NCBI GenBank assembly: GCA_963816155.1
Contig: CAWFJE010000011.1
Coordinates: 303,373 to 367,372 of the forward strand
Origin: an uncultured Actinomycetes bacterium
Lineage (GTDB): Bacteria; Actinomycetota; Thermoleophilia; RBG-16-64-13
DNA: 64,000 nucleotides
Direction of reading: 5' to 3'
In this document: positions 50,402 to 59,971 of the stretch, one piece after another
Numbering within the stretch: position 1 is the stretch's first letter
How the letters are laid out: the number at the start of each line of letters is the position of its first letter
Notes under the pieces: generated by a model
What the model was told of the DNA's origin: nothing
The model's input: only the letters and a program-made list of their open reading frames with translations
Databases searched by the model: none
Translations under genes and position numbers: made by a program

Positions 50402-50902
50402 TCAGGTGGGTCCCGTCGCTCCCCGGCGCCTGACGAGAGCCACCGCTTGGGCGGCGATGCCTTCGCCCCTGCCGGTGAAGCCCATGCCTTCGGTGGTCGT
50501 GCCGCGCACGCCCACTCGATCAGCCGTCACACCGAGGGCGGCCGCCATGCGCTCGCGCATGCGCTGCCGCTCGGGGGCGATTCGGGGCTGCTCACAGATG
50601 ACGACGGCGTCCACGTTCACGACCTCCCAGTCACCCTCGGCCAGGAGACCACCCACCTCGGCAAGTAGCCCGATGCTGTCCGCCCCGGCGTAGGCCGGAT
50701 CGTCGTCGGGAAAGTATTGCCCTATGTCGTCCAGGCCCGCCGCTCCCAGAAGCGCGTCCATGACGGCGTGCACCAGCACGTCCGCGTCGCTGTGTCCCTC
50801 CAGGCCTCCGGACTCCCGCAGCCGCACGCCGCCGAGCACGAGCGCGCGCTTCGCTGCGAAGCGGTGGGCATCGTAGCCGACTCCCACGCGTTGTTCACTC
50901 AT
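50402..50902 (-). CDS. ispF: 2-C-methyl-D-erythritol 2,4-cyclodiphosphate synthase
   Basis: 'RVGVGYDAHRF..LVLGGV..GLEGHSDADVLVHAVMDALLGA..DIG'. The ATG at 50902 overlaps ispD by 8 nt. The tracked ORF 50402..51235 is an upstream over-extension. Confidence 0.93.
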   Translation of the reverse strand: MSEQRVGVGYDAHRFAAKRALVLGGVRLRESGGLEGHSDADVLVHAVMDALLGAAGLDDIGQYFPDDDPAYAGADSIGLLAEVGGLLAEGDWEVVNVDAVVICEQPRIAPERQRMRERMAAALGVTADRVGVRGTTTEGMGFTGRGEGIAAQAVALVRRRGATGPT

Positions 50903-51617
50903 GCCTGCGCTCCGCGAGTATCCCCTCGGCGTGGCGCAGGTCGAGGCGATCGGTGATCTTGAAGTTCTGCGGCGATCCTTCCACCAGCGCCACCCGGCCG
51001 CCGCGGCCTTCCACAAGCGAGGCGTCATCTGTGGCCTCCGCCACCACCTCATCGGCCTGTCCGTAGGCGTCCATGAGTACCTGCCAGCGAAAGATCTGGG
51101 GCGTCTGAGCTCGGAAGAGTCGCGCGCGGTGCGGAGTGCTCTGCACCACACCCTGGTCGTCGACGATCTTGATCGTGTCCACACTGGGAACGGCCGGCAC
51201 CACCCCGTCGAGTGACGGATCGGCCTCGAGAGCATCCAGGGCGCGCCTCACTTCGGCGCAGGTCACCAGAGGTCTGGCCCCGTCGTGCACTCCGACCAGG
51301 TCCCAGTCGCCCAGATCCATCAGGGCGCGCAGACCGTTGCGCACCGAGAACGGTCGCTTGCTGTCCCCGGCCACCACCCGTGCGACCTTCCCGATGTGCT
51401 CCACCTGGATCTCATCGGCGCAGTAGTCGACGTCTTCCATGTTGACGACCACCAGCAGGGTGTCGATCTCCGCACACGAACTGAGAGTGCTCAACGTCCT
51501 CTGCAGCATGGGGACGCCCAGCAAGGGAACGTACTGCTTCGGCATCCCGGAATCGAGACGAGTCCCGTAGCCGGCCGCGGCCACCACCATAGCTAGGCTG
51601 AGACGTCTCTCCGCCAT
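50895..51617 (-). CDS. ispD: 2-C-methyl-D-erythritol 4-phosphate cytidylyltransferase
   Basis: 'VVAAAGYGTRLDSGMPKQYVPLLG', 'VHDGARPL', 'DTIK', 'QTPQIF'. Confidence 0.93.
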   Translation of the reverse strand: MAERRLSLAMVVAAAGYGTRLDSGMPKQYVPLLGVPMLQRTLSTLSSCAEIDTLLVVVNMEDVDYCADEIQVEHIGKVARVVAGDSKRPFSVRNGLRALMDLGDWDLVGVHDGARPLVTCAEVRRALDALEADPSLDGVVPAVPSVDTIKIVDDQGVVQSTPHRARLFRAQTPQIFRWQVLMDAYGQADEVVAEATDDASLVEGRGGRVALVEGSPQNFKITDRLDLRHAEGILAERRHE

Positions 51618-51630
51618 CCAGGTCTCCTCC

Positions 51631-52677
51631 TCAAGACGCCAGCCGCGTGAATATCATCCGGCCCGACGGGTTCTGCAGGACCGAGGTGACCTCCACCTCC
51701 ACTTCCTCCCCCACCCGGTTCCGGCCCCCTTCGATCACCACCATGGTGCCATCCTCAAGGTAGGCCACGCCTTGATCCTCTTCCTTACCCTCGCGCAAGA
51801 CCTTCACGCCCAGGCTCTCCCCCGGCAGCACGACTGCCTTGAGCGCGCTGGAGAGTTGATTCACGTTGAGTACCTCCACGCCCTGGATCTGCGCGAGCTT
51901 GTTGAGGTTGTAGTCCGTGGTGAGGATGCAGGCCTTCATTTCCTTCGCCAAGCGGATGAGCTTGGCATCGACCTCGGCTATGGTGGGAAAATCCCGCTCG
52001 ATGATGATCGTTCTCTTGTAGGCCTCCTGCAGATGACGCACGGTCTCCAGCCCCCTGCGCCCCCGGGAGCGCTTGCCGGGCTCCGCCGAATCGGCGATGG
52101 ACTGCAGTTCCTCCAGCACGAACCCGGGGACTATGAGATCACCCTCGAGAAAGCCCGTACTGACCACGTCACCGACCCGCCCGTCGATGATCACCGAGGT
52201 GTCAAGCACCTTGGGGCGCACAGAATGCTCTGTGCCCGGTTGTTCGAGGAGGCCTTTGAAACCCAGGAGACGGGCCATATCGGTATGACGCTTGTAACCC
52301 AGGTACGCGAACAGGTACCCGCTGACCGCGAAAAGGAGTGGCAGAAGATATGGTCCCACCACGGGCAGATCACGGACGGCGAGACCACCGAGGGCCGCGA
52401 TGGCCAGCCCGATCAGCAGACCCAGAGTGGTGAAGATGAGCCCACTGGCCGTGACCAGCGAACTCGCCCGATCGAGCCGGCGGCCCAACCGGGTCACCGC
52501 GCGGCCCAGGAGACTACCGACGACGCCTCCCACTATGACCCCGGCCAGCACCACCAACGCAACGAGCAACCCGTGCCCAAAGGCGCCCAGCCCATCGTGC
52601 GGCAGGTAGACCATGGCCAACTCGTAGCCGACCACCCCTCCCACGAGGGCCATCAGCAACCTCAGCGCGAAGACCAT
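51631..52677 (-). CDS. Membrane-anchored PIN/TRAM-domain protein (YacL-like)
   Basis: N-terminal TM helices, a PIN 'KVLDTSVIIDGRV', and a C-terminal TRAM 'EEVEVEVTSVLQNPSGRMIFTRL'. The ATG at 52677 is 2 nt after the carD stop. Confidence 0.85.
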   Translation of the reverse strand: MVFALRLLMALVGGVVGYELAMVYLPHDGLGAFGHGLLVALVVLAGVIVGGVVGSLLGRAVTRLGRRLDRASSLVTASGLIFTTLGLLIGLAIAALGGLAVRDLPVVGPYLLPLLFAVSGYLFAYLGYKRHTDMARLLGFKGLLEQPGTEHSVRPKVLDTSVIIDGRVGDVVSTGFLEGDLIVPGFVLEELQSIADSAEPGKRSRGRRGLETVRHLQEAYKRTIIIERDFPTIAEVDAKLIRLAKEMKACILTTDYNLNKLAQIQGVEVLNVNQLSSALKAVVLPGESLGVKVLREGKEEDQGVAYLEDGTMVVIEGGRNRVGEEVEVEVTSVLQNPSGRMIFTRLAS

Positions 52678-52679
52678 CC

Positions 52680-53189
52680 CTATTGCCCTTCGCCCGCGCG
52701 GGTGCACATCTCCGCCAGGGCGCCGTCGAGGAGCTTCAGGGCCTCCCCCTCCTGGAGCCCCTTGGCGTACATGAGCTCCGAAGCAAGGATGCGCCTCACT
52801 TTGGCATACATCTGCTTCTCACCCGTAGACAGCCCCTTGTCGTGGTCGCGCAGGGCGAGATTGCGGAGAACCTCGGCGATCTCCAGCGCATCGCCGGTCT
52901 TGATCTTGTCACGGTTGTGCCTGATGCGGTGGTTCCAGTTATCGGGCATGTGCGTGGCGTCGTCCAGCAGCACCGCGATCACCACATCCGCCATGTCATC
53001 GGAAATGATGGCCCGCAGACCGGTCTTCTCCGAGCCCTCAACGGGGACGGTGACCGTCATCCCGTCATGCAGCATCTGGATGAGGTAGCATCGACGCAGT
53101 TCGTCCCCCTCCCCCTGCTCCACGACGTCCATGACGCGCCCGGCCCCCAGATGAGGGTAGACCACAGTGTCACCGATGGCGAACATCAT
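52680..53189 (-). CDS. carD: CarD/CdnL-family transcription factor
   Basis: 'FAIGDTVVYPHLGAGRVMDVVEQ' (Tudor-like RID) plus a helical C-terminal domain. Confidence 0.9.
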   Translation of the reverse strand: MMFAIGDTVVYPHLGAGRVMDVVEQGEGDELRRCYLIQMLHDGMTVTVPVEGSEKTGLRAIISDDMADVVIAVLLDDATHMPDNWNHRIRHNRDKIKTGDALEIAEVLRNLALRDHDKGLSTGEKQMYAKVRRILASELMYAKGLQEGEALKLLDGALAEMCTRAGEGQ

Positions 53190-54274
53190 CCGTACCGCTC
53201 GAGCAGGTTCAGCTCCCGCAGGCGGTTCAGACCCTCTTTGATGTCACGCGCCCGGGCCAACGTCACCCCCTCGATGGCAGCCAGTTCGTCCGGCGTCGCA
53301 TCGATGACCTCGCTCAGGTGCCCGTAGTACCCGATGAGCGTGACGATGACCTCTTGGGGAAGACGCGGGATCTTGCGCAGCATGCGGTAACCGCGGGGGC
53401 GCAGGTGTTTCTCCAACATGTCGATACACGGTTCGTAACCGAGAATCTGACCGAGGCGGGCCAGGGAGAGAAGGTCGTCGGAGAGCAGGGCGCCGAGACC
53501 TTCCCGTGCCTCCTTCAGAGCCCCGACCGTCAACTCCGGCAGGTAGTCCGCAAGGAGCGCCTCACGATCTTCGCGCACGCGGAGCATCATCATCTCCAGT
53601 TGCAGCCGCACGAGACGCCCTTCCGTGCCCAACTCGATGATATAACGCTCGATCTCCTGCACGATCACCAGCACCATCTCAAGCCTCTGGACCACGCTGA
53701 GCACGTCGTGCAGAGTCACGGCGTCCTCGAACTCGAGCGCCGACAGCGATGTGGAGACGTGAGTGAGCCGCTCCTTGAACTTCTCCAGTGTTTGCAGGGC
53801 CTGGTTGGCGCTATCGAGGATGGTGCGCAGGTGCTCCATCACGTAGCGCATGTCTGACAGGTAGATGGTGACCACGTCACGGGCGGCAGAGATGGAGATA
53901 GCCAAGACATCGATCTGCTTGGCCACACGTTCGGCCGTTCTATGGCGCGTGCCGGTCTCCTCGGACTCGATGGAAGCGTCGGGCATCAGTTGCACGTTGG
54001 CGTGCAGGATGCGTGTGCCTTGGCGATCCAGAAGGATGGCGCCGTCCATCTTCGCGAGCTCATAGAGAATCATGGGCGCCAGCTCGACGTCTATGTCGAT
54101 GCCCCCGGAGATCATGGGCCTGATGTCGGCCTCATCGGCAAAGACCAGCAACGCACCCGTCCGGGCCCGCACGATGTTGTCGATGGCCCGCCGGATGGTG
54201 GTGCCGGGAGCGACCATCTCCAAGGCCTCTATGAGCCTCTCCTCGATCGCCGGGGGCCGTTTACCCACGTCCAC
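53186..54274 (-). CDS. disA: DNA integrity scanning protein DisA (diadenylate cyclase)
   Basis: 'APGTTIRRAIDNIVRARTGALLVF', 'DGAILLD', 'GTRHRTAER', and a C-terminal HhH 'IEGVTLARARDIKEGL'. Confidence 0.92.
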   Translation of the reverse strand: MDVGKRPPAIEERLIEALEMVAPGTTIRRAIDNIVRARTGALLVFADEADIRPMISGGIDIDVELAPMILYELAKMDGAILLDRQGTRILHANVQLMPDASIESEETGTRHRTAERVAKQIDVLAISISAARDVVTIYLSDMRYVMEHLRTILDSANQALQTLEKFKERLTHVSTSLSALEFEDAVTLHDVLSVVQRLEMVLVIVQEIERYIIELGTEGRLVRLQLEMMMLRVREDREALLADYLPELTVGALKEAREGLGALLSDDLLSLARLGQILGYEPCIDMLEKHLRPRGYRMLRKIPRLPQEVIVTLIGYYGHLSEVIDATPDELAAIEGVTLARARDIKEGLNRLRELNLLERYG

Positions 54275-55649
54275 TCCTCACACCCACAATGTTCACCGCC
54301 TCAGCGATGTCCGCCACCGCCGTCAGTCGTGTCGCTCCCAGATCCAATCCCGCGCGTACCAGTTCGTCGGCGTTTCGAGCCGGGAGGAGGATCCTCTCGA
54401 ACCCCCGCCGAGCCAGCTCCTGCACGCGCTTCTCCGCCTGCAGGACGTAGCGCACCTTGCCCGTGAGACTGATCTCACCGAGAGCCGCCACGCCCCCGTC
54501 CATGTCGGCATCCTTCCATGACGACACCACCGCCAGTGCTACGGCAAGGTCGGCGCACGGGTCCTCGATCACAAGTCCCCCTGCAACATTAACAAAGATG
54601 TCGCACTTGAGAAGCGGCAGACGTGCCCGTCGGCTGAGCACGGCCACGATCATGGCCAATCTGTTGCGGTCCACCCCCCGAGCCACCCTCTGAGGCATAG
54701 CCAGATTGCTGGGCGCCACCAGCGCCTGCACCTCGGCCAACAGGCAGCGCGTTCCTTCCATGACCGGGGCGACGGCCGAACCCGAACGAAGCTCCCCGTC
54801 TTCGAGGAATACAGAGGAAGGATCGGCCACCTCCACAAGCCCTTGCTCCGCCATCTGGAAGACCCCCACCTCGTTGGTGGAGCCGAAACGGTTCTTGATC
54901 CCCCGCAGGATGCGGAAGGGCTGGGCGCGCTCGCCTTCGAAGGAGAGGACCGCGTCCACCATGTGCTCCAGCACTCTCGGCCCGGCCAATTCGCCATCCT
55001 TGGTGACGTGTCCCACCAGGATGAGAGCGATGTTGCAGGTCTTCGCCACCCGTAGAAGCCTGCCGGCAGCGTCGCGGATCTGCGCCACCGATCCGGGCGT
55101 GGAACCCAGTTCGGGCGACCACAGCGTCTGCACCGAGTCGACCACACACACAGCGGGGCGCAGCTGCTCGAGACAGGCCACCACCGCTTCACTCTGCGTC
55201 TCGCTCAGTAGACGGAGGCGGCTGCTACTCCCGTCCAAACGATTGCTGCGCAGCTTCACCTGGGCGACGGATTCCTCCCCTGAGACAAGCAGGGCGGAGA
55301 CCCCGGAAGCCTCCATGCGCAGCAGGGCCTGTAGGAGGAGCGTGCTCTTGCCCACTCCAGGTTCGCCTCCCAGAAGGACCACCGAGCCGGCCACCAGTCC
55401 CCCGCCCAGCACCCGGTTCAGCTCTCCCAACCCCGTGTCGATACGGACGTGGGAACCCGGATCGACGTCGGCCAGAGCGACAGGAACGGGCGCCGCGGGC
55501 ACGAGTCCCACCCTACGGAGCGATGATCCGACGCCCGGCGCCTCTTCCACTATGGTATTCCACTCACCGCATCCGGGGCACTTGCCCAGCCACCCAGGCG
55601 ATGCGTGACCGCACTCCCGGCACACGAAAGAACTCTTGCCCCGCGGCAT
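54261..55649 (-). CDS. radA: DNA repair protein RadA/Sms
   Basis: Zn-ribbon 'FVCRECGHASPGWLGKCPGCGEWNT', Walker A 'LLGGEPGVGKSTLLLQ', 'KNRFG', and a Lon-like C-terminus. Confidence 0.95.
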   Translation of the reverse strand: MPRGKSSFVCRECGHASPGWLGKCPGCGEWNTIVEEAPGVGSSLRRVGLVPAAPVPVALADVDPGSHVRIDTGLGELNRVLGGGLVAGSVVLLGGEPGVGKSTLLLQALLRMEASGVSALLVSGEESVAQVKLRSNRLDGSSSRLRLLSETQSEAVVACLEQLRPAVCVVDSVQTLWSPELGSTPGSVAQIRDAAGRLLRVAKTCNIALILVGHVTKDGELAGPRVLEHMVDAVLSFEGERAQPFRILRGIKNRFGSTNEVGVFQMAEQGLVEVADPSSVFLEDGELRSGSAVAPVMEGTRCLLAEVQALVAPSNLAMPQRVARGVDRNRLAMIVAVLSRRARLPLLKCDIFVNVAGGLVIEDPCADLAVALAVVSSWKDADMDGGVAALGEISLTGKVRYVLQAEKRVQELARRGFERILLPARNADELVRAGLDLGATRLTAVADIAEAVNIVGVRSGRG

Positions 55650-55664
55650 CGGCCGCAGCCCCGA

Positions 55665-58157
55665 CTAGCCGGTCTCGTCAGCTACGAGGACCTCAGGCAC
55701 GCCCGGGATGACCTCGACGATGGCCAGATGGTCTTCTTCCTGGTCCAGCAGCACCGTACTCCCCGCGGGGAAGCGTCCCGACAGCACCTCTTCGGCCAGC
55801 AGGTCCTCGACCTGCGACTGGATGGCACGACGAAGGGGCCGCGCGCCCATGGTGGGATCGTAGCCCACTTCCACGAGCAGCGACTTGGCCGCCGGCGTGA
55901 GAGCAAGGCCGATCTCGCGATCTTTCAGCTGCTCTTCCACCCGTGCCAGCATGAGATCGACGATGGAGGTGATCTCTTCTCGGGAAAGCTTGTGGAAGAC
56001 GATGACTTCATCCACGCGGTTGAGGAACTCAGGCCGGAAGACCTTCTTGAGCTCGCCTGTCACACGGGACTTCATCTCGTCGTACTGCAGGCCACCCTCG
56101 GCCACGGCTTCGCCGAAACCCAGCACCTGGCCCTTGGAGATGATCGAGGCCCCGATGTTGGAGGTCATGATGATGATAGCATTGCGAAAGTCGACCGTGC
56201 GCCCTTGGGCGTCGGTCAGCCGACCATCTTCCAGGATCTGCAGGAGGATGTTGAACACGTCCGGGTGCGCTTTCTCGATCTCGTCCAGTAGCACGACCGA
56301 GTAGGGCCGGCGACGCACAGACTCGGTGAGCTGTCCTCCCTCTTCGTAGCCCACGTATCCCGGCGGAGAGCCCACCAGGCGGCTGACGGCATGCTTCTCC
56401 ATGAACTCCGACATGTCCACTTGGATGAGGGCCGCCTCGTCACCGAAGAGGAACTCAGCCAACGTGCGCGCCAGCTCTGTCTTGCCCACGCCCGAGGGAC
56501 CCAGGAAGATGAACGAGCCCGACGGCCGGTGCGGGTCCTTGAGTCCGGCGCGCGAACGCCGGATAGCACGGGAGACCGAACGCACGGCCTCATCCTGCCC
56601 CATGACGCGCTTGTGGAGAGATTCCTCCATACGCAGGAGACGATGCGTCTCGGCCTCGGTAAGCTTGGTCACCGGGATGCCGGTCCACATGGCCGTGACT
56701 TCACCGATCTCCTCTTCGCCGATGGAGATCTCGACCGCCCCGTCGTTCTCCTGCCACTTGTCCTCCAGTTCCCGGCGACGGTTGAGCAGCTTCCTCTCCC
56801 TATCGCGCAGGGATGCGGCCTTCTCGAAGTCCTGGACCTCGATGGCCCCCTCCTTCTCCCGCCGCACCTCGAGGATAGCCGCCTCGACCTCTTTCAGGTC
56901 CGGGGAGGCACACATGTTCTGGATGCGCTTGCGCGACGCGGCTTCGTCGACCAGATCGACGGCTTTGTCGGGCAGGAAGCGGTCGCTGATATAGCGGTCG
57001 GCCAGGTAGGCCGCGGCGTCGAGAGCCTCGTCGGTGATGCGGACGTGATGGTGCGCTTCATAGCGCTCACGCAGTCCGGCGAGGATCTTCTTGGTCTCCT
57101 CGACGGTGGGTTCCTTGACGAGTATCTTCTGGAAGCGGCGCTCGAGCGCTGCGTCCTTGGCCAGATGTTTGCGGTATTCGTCCATGGTGGTGGCCCCGAT
57201 GGTCTGGATCTCCCCTCGCGCCAATGCCGGCTTGAGGATGGAGGCCGCGTCGATGGCGCCCTCAGCGGCTCCGGCGCCCACCAGGTTATGTATCTCGTCG
57301 ATGAAGAGGATGATGTCGCCCCGCTCCGAGATCTCCTTCATGACCTTCTTGAGACGCTCCTCGAACTCACCCCTGTATTTGGAGCCGGCCACCAACGCGC
57401 CCAAATCGAGGGTGTAGATCTGCTTGTCCTTGAGCAGGCCGGGCACATCGTTCTTGGCGATGCGCTGAGCGAGGCCTTCTACCACGGCCGTCTTACCCAC
57501 ACCGGGTTCGCCGACCAGCACAGGGTTGTTCTTGGTGCGCCTGGACAAGATCTGCATGACCCGCTCGATCTCGATCTCGCGCCCTATGACGGGGTCGAGC
57601 TTGTCCTCCTCCGCGTACCGCGTGAGGTTGCGACCGAACTGATCGAGCACCTTGGAGCTCTTGCGATCCTTGCCCTCGGCCGCGACGGCCTCCGTCGAGC
57701 CACGCGCCGGGCGCTTCGCAGGACCGGCGAGGACTCGCATGACTTCTTGGCGCACACGCTCCACGTCCACATCGAGATCAGCCAGGATGCGCGCCGCCAC
57801 GCCTTCGGTCTCTCGAGCTAGGCCGAGGAGGATGTGCTCGGTGCCGATGTAGTTGTGCCCCAGCGATAGAGCCTCGCGCAGAGCGAGTTCGAGCACCTTC
57901 TTCGCCCGGGGTGTGAAGGGTATCTGCCCCTGGGACTCGTGTTCGCCCTCACCCACGATGCGGGCGACCTCGCCCCTCACTTCCTCCAGACTGACCTCCA
58001 GCGAGCCCAACACGCGCGATGCCACGCCGTCGGCCTCACGCAGCAGGCCCAAGAGGAGATGCTCTGTACCGATGTAGTTGTGATGGAGGTTTCTCGCCTC
58101 TTCTTGGGCGAGGACCACCACCTGCCTGGCTCTCTCAGTGAATCTCTCGAACATCAT
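55665..58157 (-). CDS. clpC: ATP-dependent Clp protease ATP-binding subunit ClpC
   Basis: Double N-domain repeat '[13 protein letters not shown]', two AAA+ modules ('GEPGVGKTA', 'GPSGVGKTE'), and a UVR-like linker. Confidence 0.97.
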   Translation of the reverse strand: MMFERFTERARQVVVLAQEEARNLHHNYIGTEHLLLGLLREADGVASRVLGSLEVSLEEVRGEVARIVGEGEHESQGQIPFTPRAKKVLELALREALSLGHNYIGTEHILLGLARETEGVAARILADLDVDVERVRQEVMRVLAGPAKRPARGSTEAVAAEGKDRKSSKVLDQFGRNLTRYAEEDKLDPVIGREIEIERVMQILSRRTKNNPVLVGEPGVGKTAVVEGLAQRIAKNDVPGLLKDKQIYTLDLGALVAGSKYRGEFEERLKKVMKEISERGDIILFIDEIHNLVGAGAAEGAIDAASILKPALARGEIQTIGATTMDEYRKHLAKDAALERRFQKILVKEPTVEETKKILAGLRERYEAHHHVRITDEALDAAAYLADRYISDRFLPDKAVDLVDEAASRKRIQNMCASPDLKEVEAAILEVRREKEGAIEVQDFEKAASLRDRERKLLNRRRELEDKWQENDGAVEISIGEEEIGEVTAMWTGIPVTKLTEAETHRLLRMEESLHKRVMGQDEAVRSVSRAIRRSRAGLKDPHRPSGSFIFLGPSGVGKTELARTLAEFLFGDEAALIQVDMSEFMEKHAVSRLVGSPPGYVGYEEGGQLTESVRRRPYSVVLLDEIEKAHPDVFNILLQILEDGRLTDAQGRTVDFRNAIIIMTSNIGASIISKGQVLGFGEAVAEGGLQYDEMKSRVTGELKKVFRPEFLNRVDEVIVFHKLSREEITSIVDLMLARVEEQLKDREIGLALTPAAKSLLVEVGYDPTMGARPLRRAIQSQVEDLLAEEVLSGRFPAGSTVLLDQEEDHLAIVEVIPGVPEVLVADETG

Positions 58158-58169
58158 GGCTCTCTCCTG

Positions 58170-59180
58170 TCACCGCACCACAGCCGCCGCGAAGACTTCG
58201 CGGAGGACCTGGGCTCGGATGTTGTCGATCTCTGGATCTTCGAGACTGCCGGAGTTGGAATCCATGTGCTCCACGATGAGGTGGGCCGGCTGTAGCCGTT
58301 GCATCAGGTTGAACGCCAGAACCCCGTTCATTCCCGGCACTTCCGCCACGCCCAGCTCGACGCCGACATCCGCGGCGGATATGACATTGACGGCCTCCGC
58401 AAAGGATACGTTCCGGGCGTGCTGTGCCACACCTATGGCCCGGCCGATATGGTCTTTCACCTGCATAGGGTTGGATCGGAACAGCATCTTCCTCACCGAT
58501 CGCTCTTTCTCCAATATCTCGACTGAGACCTCTTCTATATCCTGTATCGTTTCCCTCTCTGGTTTACCCTGACGGCCCAGGTTTGAGACCTGGACCACGC
58601 CGCCCGCTCCTCCCCACAGAGGAGCAAGGCCGAGACCCGCGTCCAGAAGATCGAGAGCGATCCCCGGCAGCCTCCCTGCAAAAGTCAGCGCAGGCGCGTG
58701 TAGAGTGGCGTAAGCCCGCAGGCCTGTGCCCGCCTGCTCAGGATGACTGGTGAGATAGCCCCACTGCGCATCGAAAGCGTAGGCCGCGGTCTCCTCAAGC
58801 CGATCGTCGAGCAGGCTGAGCAGCGACCACAGGAAGGGCAGTTGATCCCCCACCCGAAAGCCGAGCAGCCGCAGGTGGTCCTCCCCGTTGATCTCCAGCG
58901 AGGCCTCGTCTTTGCCGTAGATGGCGAGACCGCGTCCGGCCCCCGTGATGTCTGCGAAGCGAGGCGTCATGAGCCCCCGTTCAACCAGGTGGGCCACCTC
59001 AATACTCGACAAGTCGCCGAGTTCCACGACCCGCCATCCGTCGCCACCTTCGGAAACGAGCGCATCGAGCACCTGCTCGCGCAATTCCTCCAGGGCATCA
59101 GCCTCTTCGGCGTGCGGAAAGCGCAGACCCGCCTGGTTCCGCGAGAGGCCCAGGCCGCATGCGGTGACAGCGGTGCTCAC
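58170..59180 (-). CDS. mcsB: Protein arginine kinase McsB-like (ATP:guanido phosphotransferase fold), non-canonical active-site motif
   Basis: 'INGEDHLRL', 'WGYLTSHPEQAGTGLRAYATLHAPAL', 'VVQVSNLGRQG'. It sits between mcsA and clpC. Confidence 0.85.
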   Translation of the reverse strand: MSTAVTACGLGLSRNQAGLRFPHAEEADALEELREQVLDALVSEGGDGWRVVELGDLSSIEVAHLVERGLMTPRFADITGAGRGLAIYGKDEASLEINGEDHLRLLGFRVGDQLPFLWSLLSLLDDRLEETAAYAFDAQWGYLTSHPEQAGTGLRAYATLHAPALTFAGRLPGIALDLLDAGLGLAPLWGGAGGVVQVSNLGRQGKPERETIQDIEEVSVEILEKERSVRKMLFRSNPMQVKDHIGRAIGVAQHARNVSFAEAVNVISAADVGVELGVAEVPGMNGVLAFNLMQRLQPAHLIVEHMDSNSGSLEDPEIDNIRAQVLREVFAAAVVR

Positions 59181-59755
59181 CGGCCACCCTCCTCAAGGTC
59201 TCGCGCCAGATCGGCGAGCCGGTCGCGAACACCGGCAGCCTCCTCGAAGCGTTCGGTGCGCACCAGTTCGCTCAGCATGCGAGTGAGACGAGTGACTTCG
59301 TGATGAAGCGACTCAGACGCCGATCCCTTCTGCGGTACCTTGCCCAGGTGCTCGACAGGATCGGTATCCTCCTGGACGGCGCCCCAGAGCTGCTCGCCGA
59401 AGACCTGGTAGCACACGGGACACCCCACGAGGCCCGTCTCCTTGAGATCGGCCAGCGTCGTGCCACACACGGTGCAGACCCGACTCTCTTCGGGGCCCGG
59501 GACGGATGCCGGATTCTCGTCGCGCGGTCTCGTCCCCGCTATCTGGCGCAGAGCCGCGGGGACCGCCAGCACCAGCGAGATGCCCTCTGTCTCTCCGGCC
59601 AGGTCCTCGGCGCACTGGTGACAGAGACGAGTGTGAGTCACCGCGCCATCCTGAACGCGCAGGAGATGGATGACAGCGCCCTCTTCTCCGCACATCTCGC
59701 ATATGGCAGAGTCGTCGGCGTCTATATGTAAGCCGGGTGATTCTTCTGCAAACAC
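59177..59755 (-). CDS. mcsA: McsA (four CxxC zinc motifs plus UVR domain), activator of McsB
   Basis: 'CEMCGE', 'CHQCAE', 'CTVCG', 'CPVCY', and C-terminal 'FEEAAGVRDRLADL'. GTG start after AGAGGAGG. Confidence 0.85.
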   Translation of the reverse strand: MFAEESPGLHIDADDSAICEMCGEEGAVIHLLRVQDGAVTHTRLCHQCAEDLAGETEGISLVLAVPAALRQIAGTRPRDENPASVPGPEESRVCTVCGTTLADLKETGLVGCPVCYQVFGEQLWGAVQEDTDPVEHLGKVPQKGSASESLHHEVTRLTRMLSELVRTERFEEAAGVRDRLADLARDLEEGGR

Positions 59756-59905
59756 CCGAGGCCTCCTCTGGGACCGCGACCGGACGCACCGGCCGGTTCT
59801 TCCGACACGTTACAGAAGCGATTTAGCAATCGGCCGTCGTGCCGGGAAACGCCCTCGAAGCCACCGGCCGAAGCCGGTAACCACTGGGCAAAGTTTAGCA
59901 TAACC

Positions 59906-59922
59906 CGCCTGTCGGACAGGCG
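59906..59922 (-). terminator. Short hairpin about 50 nt downstream of lysS
   Basis: cgcctgt-cgg-acaggcg: a 7-bp stem with no U-tract. Confidence 0.3.
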
Positions 59923-59971
59923 AAACGGAGTCTCGGCAAATACCCCCGGGGGCAGTTTGCAGACCTCTGGA

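Noticed and set aside
50903-51235. Upstream extension of the ispF ORF (tracked as 50402..51235).
   Set aside because: The extension overlaps ispD entirely and is Arg/Trp-rich. The ATG at 50902 gives the canonical 'MSEQRVGVGYDAHRF' start with the usual ispD/ispF overlap.
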